A stretch of 64,000 bases of DNA from the NCBI RefSeq assembly GCF_963506605.1, contig NC_083277.1:113274001-113338000 (forward strand). Direction: 5' to 3'. Shown piece by piece: positions 38,629-50,922 of the stretch. This stretch comes from Zootoca vivipara (Eukaryota). A program made the translations under genes and the position numbers. A model generated the notes under the pieces. That model was given only the letters and a program-made list of their open reading frames with translations. It was not told the origin of the DNA and ran no database searches. Positions within the stretch are counted from its first letter, which is position 1. Each line of letters opens with the position of its first letter.

Positions 38629-40618
38629 AAATGAGTATCTATATCCCATCTTGCTGCGTTTCATTTCGCGCTTTCATCCCCTGAAAACTGCATGAAACCC
38701 CAACTCTGAGTGTTAAAAGCTCAGACAGATTTTATTCCCTAATTCTCGAGGCCAAATAATTGCTTAAAAACAAATGCATTTATTCATTCATTCATTCATT
38801 CTTAAATTAAAGCTACCAGTGGAAACTAGACTCCCAGGGCGCCCCTCTCTAGATATATTTATTTCGAGGTAACAGAGTAATGGGCAGAAATATTTTTATT
38901 TTTTATTGCAGACGCTTAGAAAGCAGCGATTGACAATAGCCTAGTTTGCAATGAGCACATCAACATTACATTGTGGCTTAGGCTCAGGAATTGCCCTCTG
39001 CTTTTATGTTTTAGCTCAGAGGCATCTTTTCAACCAGGTACAAACGTTCAAGAAAGTAATCCTGTCTTCTGGAGGCATTCACTGCCTTGAGAACCTTTGC
39101 TACTCTTTGAACATTGTGCACTAAACTATCAGGGTCCGGTTAAACAAAAGAAAATACCAGCAAACCCCCAACAAGACGATTTCTTACCCCCGCTTGTGCG
39201 TAAAATTTGGAAGGCTTTAAGAACATCTCTCTTTAGATATGCCACAAAAGCCTAGCACATGTAGTAAGTAGAGAGATCATATTAATTTCAAATGCAAATA
39301 TATGCAACATAGAGGAGGGGAATGCAGGTAACAATATTTAAGAGATTTGCTCCCGTATTTCCAAATGTCCCTCTGCCATAATTGAGCTAAACATTAAAAT
39401 AAGTATAAAACATAAGCGAAGGGTAATGTAAGGACTTTTAAAAGGGCCACTGAAATTAAAAAGTTTATGCTTTATCTTAAAGCTGCCCCCCCCCCAAGAA
39501 GACCACGTAAAACTGAGGTGGTAAAAAGATGAAATAATATATTTATAACTCACATAAGTATTCCAATGTTATTTATTTTATCCTATCCTTTAAACAAATT
39601 TAATAAGTGGGAAGGAAAATCTTCTGTGTTTCCAACTGTTTCGCTAAACACCCCGGCGGAAGGGAATATATTTCTCAAGAGAAACCCGCAGATCCAGCCT
39701 CATGCTTGCAAGCAGGGATTTGCAGTGAGGAAGGGGAGCCTCTTGGCACATACCTTCACCTGCCTGCTATCCCCCTCTCCAAGCTTTTTAAAGAGGCTTC
39801 TCACGTGCCCACAGACATACAGACATACAGACACCAAAAAACAAGGTGAATGTTTATTCATTCGCCCAAGGTACAAGGCTGATTTATGAGGAGGCTGCGT
39901 TGATTCATAACCTCCAGTGAACACACACACACACCAACTCCCAAAGATACTGCACTCCACATATACAGAGAGATATACAAAGAACAGAATATTAACACAA
40001 CGCAGATTTCAATTTGCTGCACACGCCTAGTAATAAAAAACAGTTCCATGCGACCAGTTATATATGCATCCATGTCAACAATGCAGGAGATGTATGCATG
40101 TGTGCATAAAGTATACGATCTGAGAAGCCGTACAGAGCACACTGACTTTACTTCCTGCAGCATATCCCACGTACACCTACATATGTATTCTCTGATGAAC
40201 CGAGTAACGCTAACCAAGGGAATTCGAATCCAGGACTTTGTCTCCCTGGTTGCACTCAGTGCAGATGCAATCTCGATTGCATTATTTGAGAATATGCGCC
40301 TGTCTACACTGAATCAAGCGAACAGGCTCATATGAGGTTGCTGCGCGGGCGCGGGCGCGGACACACATATGCATACAACACGGAATATCCGGCCTACACA
40401 GAAGGAATTGTTTGTACACGAGGACGCGTCCCAAGGCCATATTTTACACCATCCCACATCAAGGGCCGAAAATTTCCTATGAATCGCTGTGGACGGGAAA
40501 TTAGCTCTTGTCTTCCATCCCAACGAAGGCTTAGGGGCTGTTTGTGCGTGTTGTTTCACACCCATAAGCCTCGAGCGTTAGGGAAGGGTAGTATTTTATG
40601 AGACGTCATACCCCAGAC

Positions 40619-40637
40619 CCAGCACCAGGTGACGCTA
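40619..40637 (+). promoter_or_regulatory. Candidate CTCF site at the HoxC6|HoxC5 boundary
   Basis: CCAGCACCAGGTGACGCTA versus consensus TGGCCACCAGGGGGCGCTA; located where the mouse C5|6 CTCF boundary is described; same orientation as the 9952 motif. Confidence 0.6.
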
Positions 40638-40719
40638 TAGTCTCATTGTCTCGGTGTTTTGAGTGTGGGGCCTTTTTTTTTTTTGTTTCGTTATGCCAAC
40701 ATATCACATACGTTTCTCG

Positions 40720-40860
40720 GGCTTCCATCAATAACCTCCTGGGGTCATCAAGCCAAATTTATGACTGGCCAACACAGTCACGTGACTCTATTTAAACATC
40801 CCATATTTGGGCAGCGCACATAGAATAAAGAAAAGAAGAATCTCCACCTATAAATTCTGC
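40720..40860 (+). promoter_or_regulatory. HoxC5 proximal promoter
   Basis: CCATCAATAA 40725, TTTATGAC ~40758, palindromic E-box GTCACGTGAC 40777-40786, CArG-like CCATATTTGG 40801-40810, TATAAA ~40849. Confidence 0.7.
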
Positions 40861-40983
40861 ACTTTAGAGAACAAAAAACCCTGAACTTCAAAAGGGCCAC
40901 AAATCAAGCCTAATCAAAGGGGTGTGAGAGGGAGAGAGAGAGAGAGAGAGAGAGTGGGGAGGGAAAAAAATATAATTCCTGAC

Positions 40984-41427
40984 ATGAGTTCCTACGTAGC
41001 CAATTCGTTCTATAAGCAAAATCAAAATGTTCCTGCCTATTCCATGCAAAGTTATGGGAATTATGGATCTGTGTCTGAAGTTCAGCCTTCCAGGTATTGC
41101 TACAGTGGGCTGGATCTGAGCATTACATTCCCTTCATCTGGGGCTTCCAACTCTCTGAACGGTGTGGACATGTCTTCAACCCCCAGATCTAACCCCGACC
41201 GTCCTTCCTGTACAGTCATGGGATCTTCAGGGCACACTTTAGGCAGAGACGACCAGACCTCTCTAAACCCAGGAATTTACAGTCAGAAAGCTTGTGGCAC
41301 CACCACAGCCACCAGCAGCAACAACAACAACAGTACGCCGTTGGAAGATAGATCTAAGAGCAGTGGGGAAATCAAGAGTGAACCGGTGCTAACAGCCCAG
41401 CAAAGCGGGCAGTCAATGCACCAACAA

Positions 41428-41459
<32 letters not shown>

Positions 41460-41512
41460 GCAACAGCCACCACAAATATATCCGTGGATGACCAAACTAC
41501 ACATGAGCCACG
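40984..41512 (+). CDS. HOXC5: Homeobox protein Hox-C5, coding exon 1
   Basis: MSSYVANSFYKQ...YCYSGLDLSITFP...PPQIYPWMTKLHMSH; phase-1 donor G|GTAAAC at 41513; contains a Q15 tract. Confidence 0.97.
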
Positions 41513-41554
41513 GTAAACTTTCGCTTCTCGATTTTGTTTCACAGGATTTGCCTT

Positions 41555-41710
41555 GGTTTTATAGGCCATACGGGGCAAATAATAAGGGGGGAAAAAACCT
41601 GGGGTCGTAAATTTTACGACTAAGGCATCAATTGCTCGTAAAACTGTCCACTAAAAGGCTTAGAGGCTATATACGCCCAAATTTATGACGGCATAATTGG
41701 ATCATAGAAA
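41555..41710. promoter_or_regulatory. HoxC5 intronic homeodomain-binding-site cluster
   Basis: TTTTATAGG ~41557, GTCGTAAA-T-TTTACGAC 41604-41620, CTCGTAAAA 41635-41643, TTTATGAC 41682-41689, TAATTG ~41694. Confidence 0.7.
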
Positions 41711-42151
41711 CAAAACGGGTATAAAGGCAATATTCCATTTTTTTTTGGTTGGGGGGAAAGAAGGAAAGAATTTTTTTTAAGGGGGAGAAATAACTTGGAA
41801 AGGCTCGCGTTCTTTAAGAGGAAGGAGAGAGGGGCTTTGGAGTTTTGTCAGACCTTACCACATCATTCCATAAAGTCAGAAGTTTTGCCTCCTTCCTAAC
41901 CTAGGGAAATGGGCGACTTGATCTATTTCCCTCCTTCTTGTAGATACGTGGTTTAAAGGGGGAACACTTCATTAGTGACTAACCTTAGCTTGAACCCAAA
42001 ACTTTAATGAGAAAGTGTTGGAAAATGCCCCTCCTCTATTTAGCATTAAATATATTAAAAATGTATTCTGGGTAGAACAAAAAAAACTCTCTCGCCCCCC
42101 CGTACCTTTTGCCTTCCCATTCCCTTCTTTTTCTTTTTTATTCTTCTTCTT

Positions 42152-42152
42152 C

Positions 42153-42196
<44 letters not shown>

Positions 42197-42206
42197 GTTA
42201 TTATTT
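42152..42206. repeat. (TTA)n microsatellite near the HoxC5 acceptor
   Basis: TAT/TTA run ending about 40 nt before exon 2. Confidence 0.9.
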
Positions 42207-42244
42207 TAGCGGGGTTCTTTTATCCGATGTCTTTTGTCTTCCAG

Positions 42245-42459
42245 AAGCAGATGGCAAACGTTCCAGAACCAGCTACACTCGCTACCAAACTCTGGAACTA
42301 GAGAAAGAATTTCATTTTAACAGATATCTCACCCGCCGGAGGCGCATAGAGATCGCCAACAACCTATGTTTGAATGAGAGGCAAATAAAAATATGGTTTC
42401 AAAACCGGAGGATGAAATGGAAGAAAGATTCCAAGTTGAAAAGCAAAGAGTCTCTCTAG
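42245..42459 (+). CDS. HOXC5: Homeobox protein Hox-C5, coding exon 2 (homeodomain)
   Basis: Acceptor cttttgtcttccag at 42244; [71 protein letters not shown]; stop TAG 42457-42459; spliced CDS 744 nt. Confidence 0.97.
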
Positions 42460-43702
42460 GTAGAAATCCGGGTTAGGGGTTGGGCGGGGAAAGTCAGTTC
42501 ACATTGACAAGAGTTGCTGTTGTTGTTGTAGCCTACCTTGAGAAAAGTTTTCTTTGGGAGGTGGGGAGAGGAAAAGGGCGGGTGGGGGGGAAGGGTCGCA
42601 GACTGGACTGAACTACATACTCTAACAAATCTATCAGACAAAGGCGTTCTCTTATTAGTATGCAAACAGACCCTTTAGCTTTTCAGCTAGAATTCAGTGT
42701 ACAGCTCGCTGGAGGGTTGGTGGGTTTTGTTTTGTTTTCCACCACACCACTCTAACCTGTGTCCCCTTAAATTGGGAGGAAATATGTCGGTCAAATGAAA
42801 ACCCAAGCCAATAACCTATATCTATGTCTATAAAAGATTACGCTGAAGATCAGAATAATACGCTTAGGAAATCAAAAGTTATGCATAAAAGAGGGAATCC
42901 TCAGGACTTTTGGAAAGTCCCGAGGCCCCGATCCTTAAACGTCAAGACTTGGAAGTAAATCCCGTTGTGAAAGGCGTGGGAGTTTACCTCTGTGTCCAAC
43001 GCGGTGGACGGGCGGCAAACTTGTTGTGAGCACTTATTTCTCAGCCAGTCCCACTGAAGTCCGTGGGGACTTCCTTCCGAGTAAACGTGAATAGGATCGG
43101 GCTGCACGATCTAGGTGTGTGAGAATGTTTACTTCTGGTGTGGATGGTGAGTTTCCACACAATGTAGTTTCCTAGATGCACTTAACCTGAAACGTGGTGG
43201 GGGGTGGGGTGGGGTGGTTTGTTATTGTGTTTTTTTTTTTAAAAAAAAGCTCGCTGTGAGGTGTGTTCTTCTGGGGTGGGGTTGTTTCATTTTATTATTC
43301 AACCCTCCTCCTCGCCATTGACTTATTTTTGTATTATTTGCATATGAATGAAAAGTGAATGGACTATGAACGAATCTGCTTGACCATCTCTCCTAGGAGA
43401 TATTTGTGCAAAAACATTAAAGCACTGTTGGGGTGGGGGCTGGTAAGGGTGTGTGTGTGAATTCTCCCGACTTAAATATTCCTGTGTATTTATTGGTTGC
43501 GTAATTAATGTAGCTTTGCAAAATAATAATAACGATAAGAACAACGCTGAACTCTTATACAAATGTATACTTTTTGTTTACATGTAGCCCATTTTATTCA
43601 CCTCCCCCTTCCTTCTCCCCGATGTTGTATTCCATATATTTATTGGTTGTATTATGATATGTGAAAGGCCATGGAACATATACAGTATATTTTGTCATAT
43701 TG

Positions 43703-43708
43703 AATAAA
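43703..43708 (+). terminator. Likely HoxC5 polyadenylation signal
   Basis: AATAAA at 43703-43708 with further AATAAA copies just downstream, ending an AU-rich 3'UTR-like block. Confidence 0.5.
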
Positions 43709-45985
43709 TGCTAAAATAATAAATAAATCAAACACCTAAGGCCAATTTTGGAGTGCGGGAGAAAAACGCATATGAGGTGCCTTTTCTTGAGCGCTTTCTC
43801 CAAACCCGCACTTCCACTGTTATTTTGCTGTCAATTGTTTTCAAATCTATAAATATGTAACACAAGAACAAATCCCGGTTAGTCTGAGGCACTAGCCACC
43901 CAAAGTTCAGTACTTGTGAAGTCATATTGATTTCAGTGGGAGAGTTTAGCACAAACCTCTTGCAATGAAATCGATGGGACTTCACAAGCGCTAAACTTTG
44001 GGTGGAACAAGCCACTAGACTGAAGCTCAGAATCCCATTCAATGAGATTTACTTCAAACGCAAGTTGGAAGTAAGCCCCATTGAGGCGGGGGAACCATGT
44101 CAAGCAAGGGTTGCAGTGGAAATCGGTCAAACCCTAGTGTTTAACTTCGGATGGGCTATGGGTTGGGCTTTTATGTATCTTATGTCGCCCCTGCTGCGTC
44201 CCCAATAAAAGAACTTTGGGTGATGTGTACTCAGTTGCAGGTCTCGTCACAAGCTTTCTTGAGTGAATGCCTCTTTTCTGAACTGTTGAACAATTCTTGA
44301 CCTGTCCTAGTGTTTGAACAACATAGTTCTGGGTTCTTTAAAAGTCCTCCAAAGGTCTTCGTACGATCGCTTTCTTTCTTTCCCTGATAATTCCTTCCTT
44401 CAGCTTAAAATAATTTAATAGTCCAGATTCAGGCAAGACTACCTTTCTAAGTAAGATTGCCCCGTAGAACAGAATTACCGGGCTAGGCTCTCGGCCCCTC
44501 CCTTCAGACAACTTTCCATCGACATTAAGTGAAAGTTGTGCAAGAACTGGGCGATTTGTGAAGGCAGTAGGTCTTTCTGAGACGCTGTGTGTATGTGTGA
44601 TCACTAGAACAAGTACGATTGACTTGAGCAGAGAATGGTAGGATTTAACCCTGGTCTGCGCAAAACTTCAACGTGTGGTTTATAAAGCACGGTATTTGCG
44701 AAAGTTTCTCCGGTTTAGGTGTAATATAAGAAAGCTAATAGTCCTCTACTCCTTTTGAAACCTTTTTCTATGCGTTTAAAGATGACTTCTATGCCTATCT
44801 ATGACTTCTTCTTCGTCGTCCTCTTCTTCATATAGTAGTGCTATTGGATTCAGTAATGTAGGAGTTTGGGGCTATGCATGTACTGGCCTGTGGAGATTTG
44901 GGAGGGATAAAACTGTGCATATATATTTCACGTATGTGTGTGTTTCACCAGACACACACCAACTATCTCTCACACAGACACACACACCGGAGGTCATGCC
45001 TGAGGTGTTTTCGGAGCTATTTACAGTACAAACGCTTGGGAGAGACCCTCAATGGCTCAATAAACCTTTATAGTATTTCCTTTACACATTTCAAACAATG
45101 GAGCCATTTCCTGAACCTGAAAACAAAAGTTTATTTTAATGACAGTGGAAGCTCTTAAGGATAAAACTGGCTTTGCCTCCTAAGATTCCCAGCTTTCCAT
45201 GGAGTCCCTCTGACTTAAATAGTGCTCTATTTCTGAAGTTTATTGATATTTTATTATTGTAGTTATTATTTAGTGTCCTCTTTGAGAAGATCAAATAATA
45301 CTGTCACGAAGGCGATGACAATTTATGTTATGGCAATTTTACAGTCCACTTGAAAGTTTCCTTTCCCTCCCCTTTCCAGGCTTAACTTGTCATATGATTT
45401 GATTTTACGCAAATATCAGTCAAATCACGTTACGGAGATCAAAGCACTGGGGTTTACTCTATTCCATTTTTGTTTGATTCAAGAAGAGCCTTCCTTATTG
45501 TCTTGTGTTACCTTTGCAAATAATGTGTGCCTTCCAAGGAGTATCAGCAGCAGCAGCAAAAACAACAACAGCAACAACAACAACAACAAATATTGGAACA
45601 TTCTCTGAGTATTTAAATGTATATATTTCATGTTGATGTTTGAAAATAATAAGCTACCCTGTGTAAATCTATAGAGTGTTTACTGAGGCACCGAAACAGA
45701 CTTGGCAGATCTTGATAGCTGTGTACTGAAACCAAAGGTGGTTGTTTTTACATCTGTTTCGTTCTATTTGGTCTTCTCTGCTCACCCCACCCCTAAACCG
45801 TGGTGTTCCCTTTCCCTTTATTGGAAGTTTGCCAGGGAATAATTGGGTTTGACAGGTTAGAATTAACAAAATCAGATGTTCTATTGTTTTATCTTAAGGC
45901 TGGGGGAGAGAAGCCTTTACGCACATACGTAGTAGGACCAAAACTTTTCCATTATCATAACGCAAACCAGTCGGTTATATATACA

Positions 45986-46036
<51 letters not shown>

Positions 46037-46569
46037 TTGTGAATAATTGTGCGTTTATCCAGCGAACAACGTGGGTCTATTTGGGACTCTTCCCTGTCTT
46101 TTTAAAAAGTAATTTTTCAGGACTGATTAATATTTGGTTGTTGGGCTTGTCATTGACTTTTGCTATTCAATATCTAACAGCCCCCCTCCTTTTCCTCTTT
46201 CCCCTGCTTTTCAGTCCGTTCCTAAAGAAGTCTTGCAAAGCCAAGAAGGAAATGAAACATCGCTTACCTTTCACTGTCATCCGTGTCAACACAGTGGGGA
46301 CTTTTAAAAGGCCTCCAAACAAGAAAGGGAGGGCGAGGGAAGGGAAGGGGAAAAAATGACAGACCCAAAGTTCCAGTGTGTCTGCGCGCGCGTGTGCTTT
46401 AAAAGAGAGGATGAAAAATAATAATAATATTAATAATAATCCAGGACTTTTTGAGCCAAGGCTTTGACTGCCCCTGAGAACATTAGCAGAAATACCCATG
46501 GCTTCTAAGTGAATTTAGTAGTTTAAAACTTTTGAAGGTTATTTATGTGGATAGCCCAAAGCAAAAGCC

Positions 46570-46806
46570 CTGAATGGCTCTCGGTGAGCACGTGATGTCA
46601 TTAAACTAAGTTTTATGGTTTGGGGGAGCTGACATACCCACAATATATTTACATCATATATAATCTTAACTGTCCACCATCGCAGCTGCTGGAGCTGTTT
46701 AATGCTGGGACAGTGGGACAAGGCAGTTAGTGCGGATTACGACGTCTTGGGCTGCTGTTAGGGAAGGCACATCTCCCCAAATGGATCCCTGGCGAGATCA
46801 GTAAGT
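46570..46806 (+). promoter_or_regulatory. Distal promoter plus short non-coding exon in the Hox5-Hox4 interval
   Basis: CACGTG 46589-46594, TGTCATTAA 46596-46604, TTTTATGG 46611-46618, TATATAA 46657-46663, then donor CA|GTAAGT at 46801-46806; resembles the conserved block found 3' of Hox5 in paralogous clusters. Confidence 0.65.
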
Positions 46807-47699
46807 TAATTTCTTTTTCCCGCTTTTTTTTTGCACTGCTCCTCTCCCCACGCCACCCCCTCCCAGCTTCTAACATGGTATCCAGCTTTCTTGTGGAGGT
46901 GCGGGGTGGGAGGAATTCAGTTGCACCTTGGCTACGAAGTTGGGGGAGGGGTGAAAGTGTAGAGCGTAAGGCTTTTTCCTCCAGGGTGATGGAGGTGGTG
47001 GTGTGGTGGGGAAGCTTTCTGGAGTGCACGTCGAGAGTGGCGGTTATCAGGAAGCAAGATCAGACCTTTGTTCCCCTTCCTGACTTCCTCGGGGCTTGTG
47101 GAAAATTAGATAAGGACCCAAACCTTCTTCTACTTAGTTAGTCAGAGGTTGATTCATTCCCTTCTTCTCCCACCCTCTTTCTACACCTCTCTGAGGAGAT
47201 CTGATGGGGCGGTGGGAGTCCCCCCCCCCCTGAACAGAAACTTTCGGTCAAGACGTTTGGACTGCCTCTTGCAGCTGGGTTGAGAGATACTTTTGAATGA
47301 CCCTGAGTACAATACTTGCTTCAAAGGCAGAAGAAAAAATAAGTTTGTGTGGTGGTGGAGGCGGCGGGGGGGGGGAGGGCATGCGCGCTGGAGTCGGACT
47401 GAGACGTTGGCTGCTCTGTACGCATCGCGGGTGTTGGCAGGTGGAGTGGAAGAAGGTTGAAGCTAGGCCGGAAAGTCTGGCCAGATCTTTGTCCTAGGGA
47501 TAAATGAAGGGAGGGGAAGGGAGAGAACGTTGGAGCAGACCGTGATAGGAGTGTGTATATGGGTGTCCCATCAGCGTTGCGTAATTCCGTGTATATATTA
47601 TTTATACGTGTGTGCGTGTGAGTCTCATTAACGTAACTGCCACTACGATTCAATGGACAGTTTTTTCTATCCAGTGAATCTTTTCCCCCCCTGGTGGTG

Positions 47700-47880
47700 A
47701 ACTGGATGATCCGGTTGAAATTTGGCCTCTGCCAGAAACTACATCGGTGGCCTTAGGCAAGGCACTAGATCTACCAGTCCACCTGCAGTCTGGGGATAAG
47801 AGCAGCGACGTTGGAATAGCAGTGACGTTGAACTCCTTGCACGCTCAAAAAGTGCTGTGCAAGTGCTGTTATAATAACTC
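47700..47880 (+). mobile_element. Degenerate CORE/MIR-like SINE
   Basis: GGTGGCCTTAGGCAAGGCACT...TGGGGATAA...AAAAGTGCTGTGCAAGTGCTGTTATAATAA resembles the CORE-SINE body and tail; boundaries approximate. Confidence 0.4.
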
Positions 47881-50739
47881 GATATATCCTTGCATTGTCC
47901 TCAGTTTAACCCCGAAGATGTTCTTTCTCAGTTCCGTTGTTGCATTGATGGAATTCACTTATAATGGCAGGCTGGTGCCTAGGAAAGATTATCGCAATAA
48001 AACAGTTAGGTTTCCTCGGAGTGCCACACAGATTTGGGTGCTTCTCCATAATTCCATACTGATAGGCCAAATCTTTCTCGGATGGTGTGGTCCTGCATGG
48101 ACTTTCTGGGAAGTTTCTGGTTCATTTTTATAGCTACTGGCCTGGCAATCAGTCCCAATTTACCTAGACCAGAGAGAGAGAGAGAATATGCAAGTGAACT
48201 GCTCCTGTCTTACCCTTACCAATTTGGTGATGTAGGTCCGGAGCAGATCTTTGTGATCTGCTTCCAAACTAACTGCGTTTAAAACTCAGGTGCAACGGAC
48301 ACATTGCTGTCATGCCCAATGATCAGAGAAACTATCGTTGGGATATCATCCAACTGATCCTTTACACAGTTCCCCATCCTCAGCCCCAACTACCGGTAAC
48401 AACAGCACCGAAGTTAAAGGCAAAAAGGAGTTACATTGTGGCTTCAAAAAAGTTTCTTTGGCTGGTTGGTATGTGACATTGTGGCCCAGTTATCCAAGCA
48501 ACTCCACACCAGACAGAAAGCATCCTGTATTTTGTGCCAGTCGCCTCGCTTGGTTTCCAAAGGGTTGGTGTTGGTGACAGTCATCAATAAAAGTTGAACT
48601 GGGAAGCTGACTAGGGTGTTCAATGGGATGATAGGAAGGGAAAGGAAAGCAACATTTTGTTAGCCTCAGAGAAAGCTTGAACACAAGCTACCCAAAAGGA
48701 CGTCGGCACAATCCACTTAGGCAGTGTAGCGGATAGACAGAACCTCATAAATGTCAACCACTCCGAGGTTCTCAGTAGAACTATTGAAGGACATCACATC
48801 CTTCGCCTTCCAACAACATCTCCAGGGCAATGAAGAAAGTCTCTTCTGAACACATGGGAATGAAAAAGGAAAGCACACCCTTTTCTTCATTCCCCTGTAC
48901 AAATCATTCCCCTGTACAAACAACGGAACGATGTCCCCTTTTCTCCAGTTAGAAAACTTGCCATTTCTAGAATCTCTCCCTCGCCTTCCCTTTCTATCTT
49001 CCATCTTTCTCTAGGAAAGTGGGGAAATCAAATTTCACTCAGGAAGGTCCCCCAATAGGAGGTTGCTGAAGCTGTCCCGAAAAGAGAACAGCTGTCTTTT
49101 GTATAGGCCTACACATCCCTCAATAAAGTCTGGGCGGTGTGAAGGGGGATGATCTGAGGGAGAAGATTCTGCTTTCCAAAGGTATGATTGACAGTCCTGT
49201 TCTGACGCTGGCTTTCTGGTGACACTTTTCTTAGATGAAAAAGTTCTATGGTGGCTGCGTTTCCTTTCCTCATGGTTCTTCTAACCGAGGGGAGGGCACA
49301 CTTTGTTTTTTATTAGAACATCGAGATCGACAAAATGCAAAATGTTGGCATGCGGGCGGGGGGGGGGGTGCTAGTGTGCCTCCAGGATGCCTCTGAGCAC
49401 ACACTCAATCTAAGACTAAGCATCCAGAAGGTCCATAACTGATCTTACAGTCCTTCGCACACGACTTAATTCTTGTCTTGGTTCCTCCCTCCCAAGCCTT
49501 CCATTTCAGACACCTAATTTAAGGGAGGGGGAGCCTTTTTAACAAAATTGTTGCTATTGTTAAATCATTTGGTGTAATAATAATAATAAAAAACCTTGCC
49601 GGTCTACTGCAAACCATCCCGAGAGAGATCCATGCATAGATCCTGATTTACCATCTGCCCAGTCCTGTTCTAAACGATAGATCTTCATCACGAAACATGG
49701 AAGATCCTCCCCTTTTCTCAGAGCTGAGTAGGCCATGTGCTTACAATCTGGATAGGCTGACTGAGAGAGATCAGAAAAGAGGAAGTAAGCAGCAGTGCAC
49801 ACACACTCTCACAAACACGCAGGTATAAAAACAAACAAACAAACAAACAAACAAACAAACAAACACTTAATTGAGTTCCCAAAACTTCATATTCTTCCAC
49901 AGCAGTCTTAAACACTTCTTTAGTCTTCAAAGGCTTTTAATATTCTCCCCCCCCAATATCCTGATTATTATTGGGCCACCCAAAAAAACAAGGTGGCTAA
50001 TCAATATTTTAGGAGTTTCCCTCATTGAGTTTAACGGGGGTGGGTGGGAATTTGCGAGCTCTAGGATATGTATTTGAAAGTGAGGCCAGTTGAAATGAAG
50101 GAGAGGGACTTCTGAGTAAACATGTTTATTGGGGTGTAAAGATGTGTAAAGCCAGTCATTTAAATTATAAAGCGTTGTGGCCTAAACTGATAGTAAACTG
50201 ACAATAATGTTTGAAGACAAACTCTTCAAACATGGGCCAGACACAAATTCTTTCTCTGTTCGTCCCCCCTCCCCTCCTTCCCCCTCCCCCCCCCTCACAC
50301 ACATAAAGTGACTTTTGCCTTTAATCTGGGTTGTATCTGATAACTTTCTAACCCCCCCCCTAAATTATAGTCTTGGTTCCACTGGATTTGATTTGCATTC
50401 ATTAGAGCAGGAATGGAAAAACCACACGTGGGTTTTCAGCATTGTGCAGCCCTGCTTTCACAGCAACACTATCAAGAATTAGGAACCCCGGTTATTGGGA
50501 CTGGGTTTACAGTACTGGTAACATGGGGTCAAAGGATGGAGTCTATCCAGCCAGACACTCCAAGTCCTCAAGGTGCCTACAATACTCTTTCTTGTTGGAA
50601 GATGCTTCCATAAGGTTACCGTTTATGGGTGTTCAGCACATTTCTCTTTGTGTCCACGTACCTTCCACTATACAGGTCTAAAGTTTATTGTATTTTAATG
50701 TGGCTTTTCTGTGATCTTGTGTTAGCGCAAGGCAGGTCT

Positions 50740-50922
50740 GAACATTGAAGCTGCCTTATAGCAGGTCAAATTATTGGCCCATCTAATCCAACTGGCAGCA
50801 GTCTTCCACCAGAGGTCTTCTCCATGAGCTGATACCAAATATTTTAAACTGATATAACCAGCAACTGAAGCTGGGCTATTCAGCATGCAGAAATATGCCC
50901 TACCACTGAACTATTGTCCCCT
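50740..50922 (-). mobile_element. tRNA-derived squamate SINE (degenerate)
   Basis: Minus strand begins GGGGACAATAGTTCAGTGGTAGGG...CTGCATGCTGAA (A-box, tRNA-Ala-like head); far end on + reads GAAGCTGCCTTATA...TTGGCCCATCTA, typical of a lizard SINE tail. Confidence 0.6.

Noticed and set aside
41513-42244. miR-615 in the HoxC5 intron
   Set aside because: Eutherian-specific; no GC-rich miR-615-like hairpin is present.
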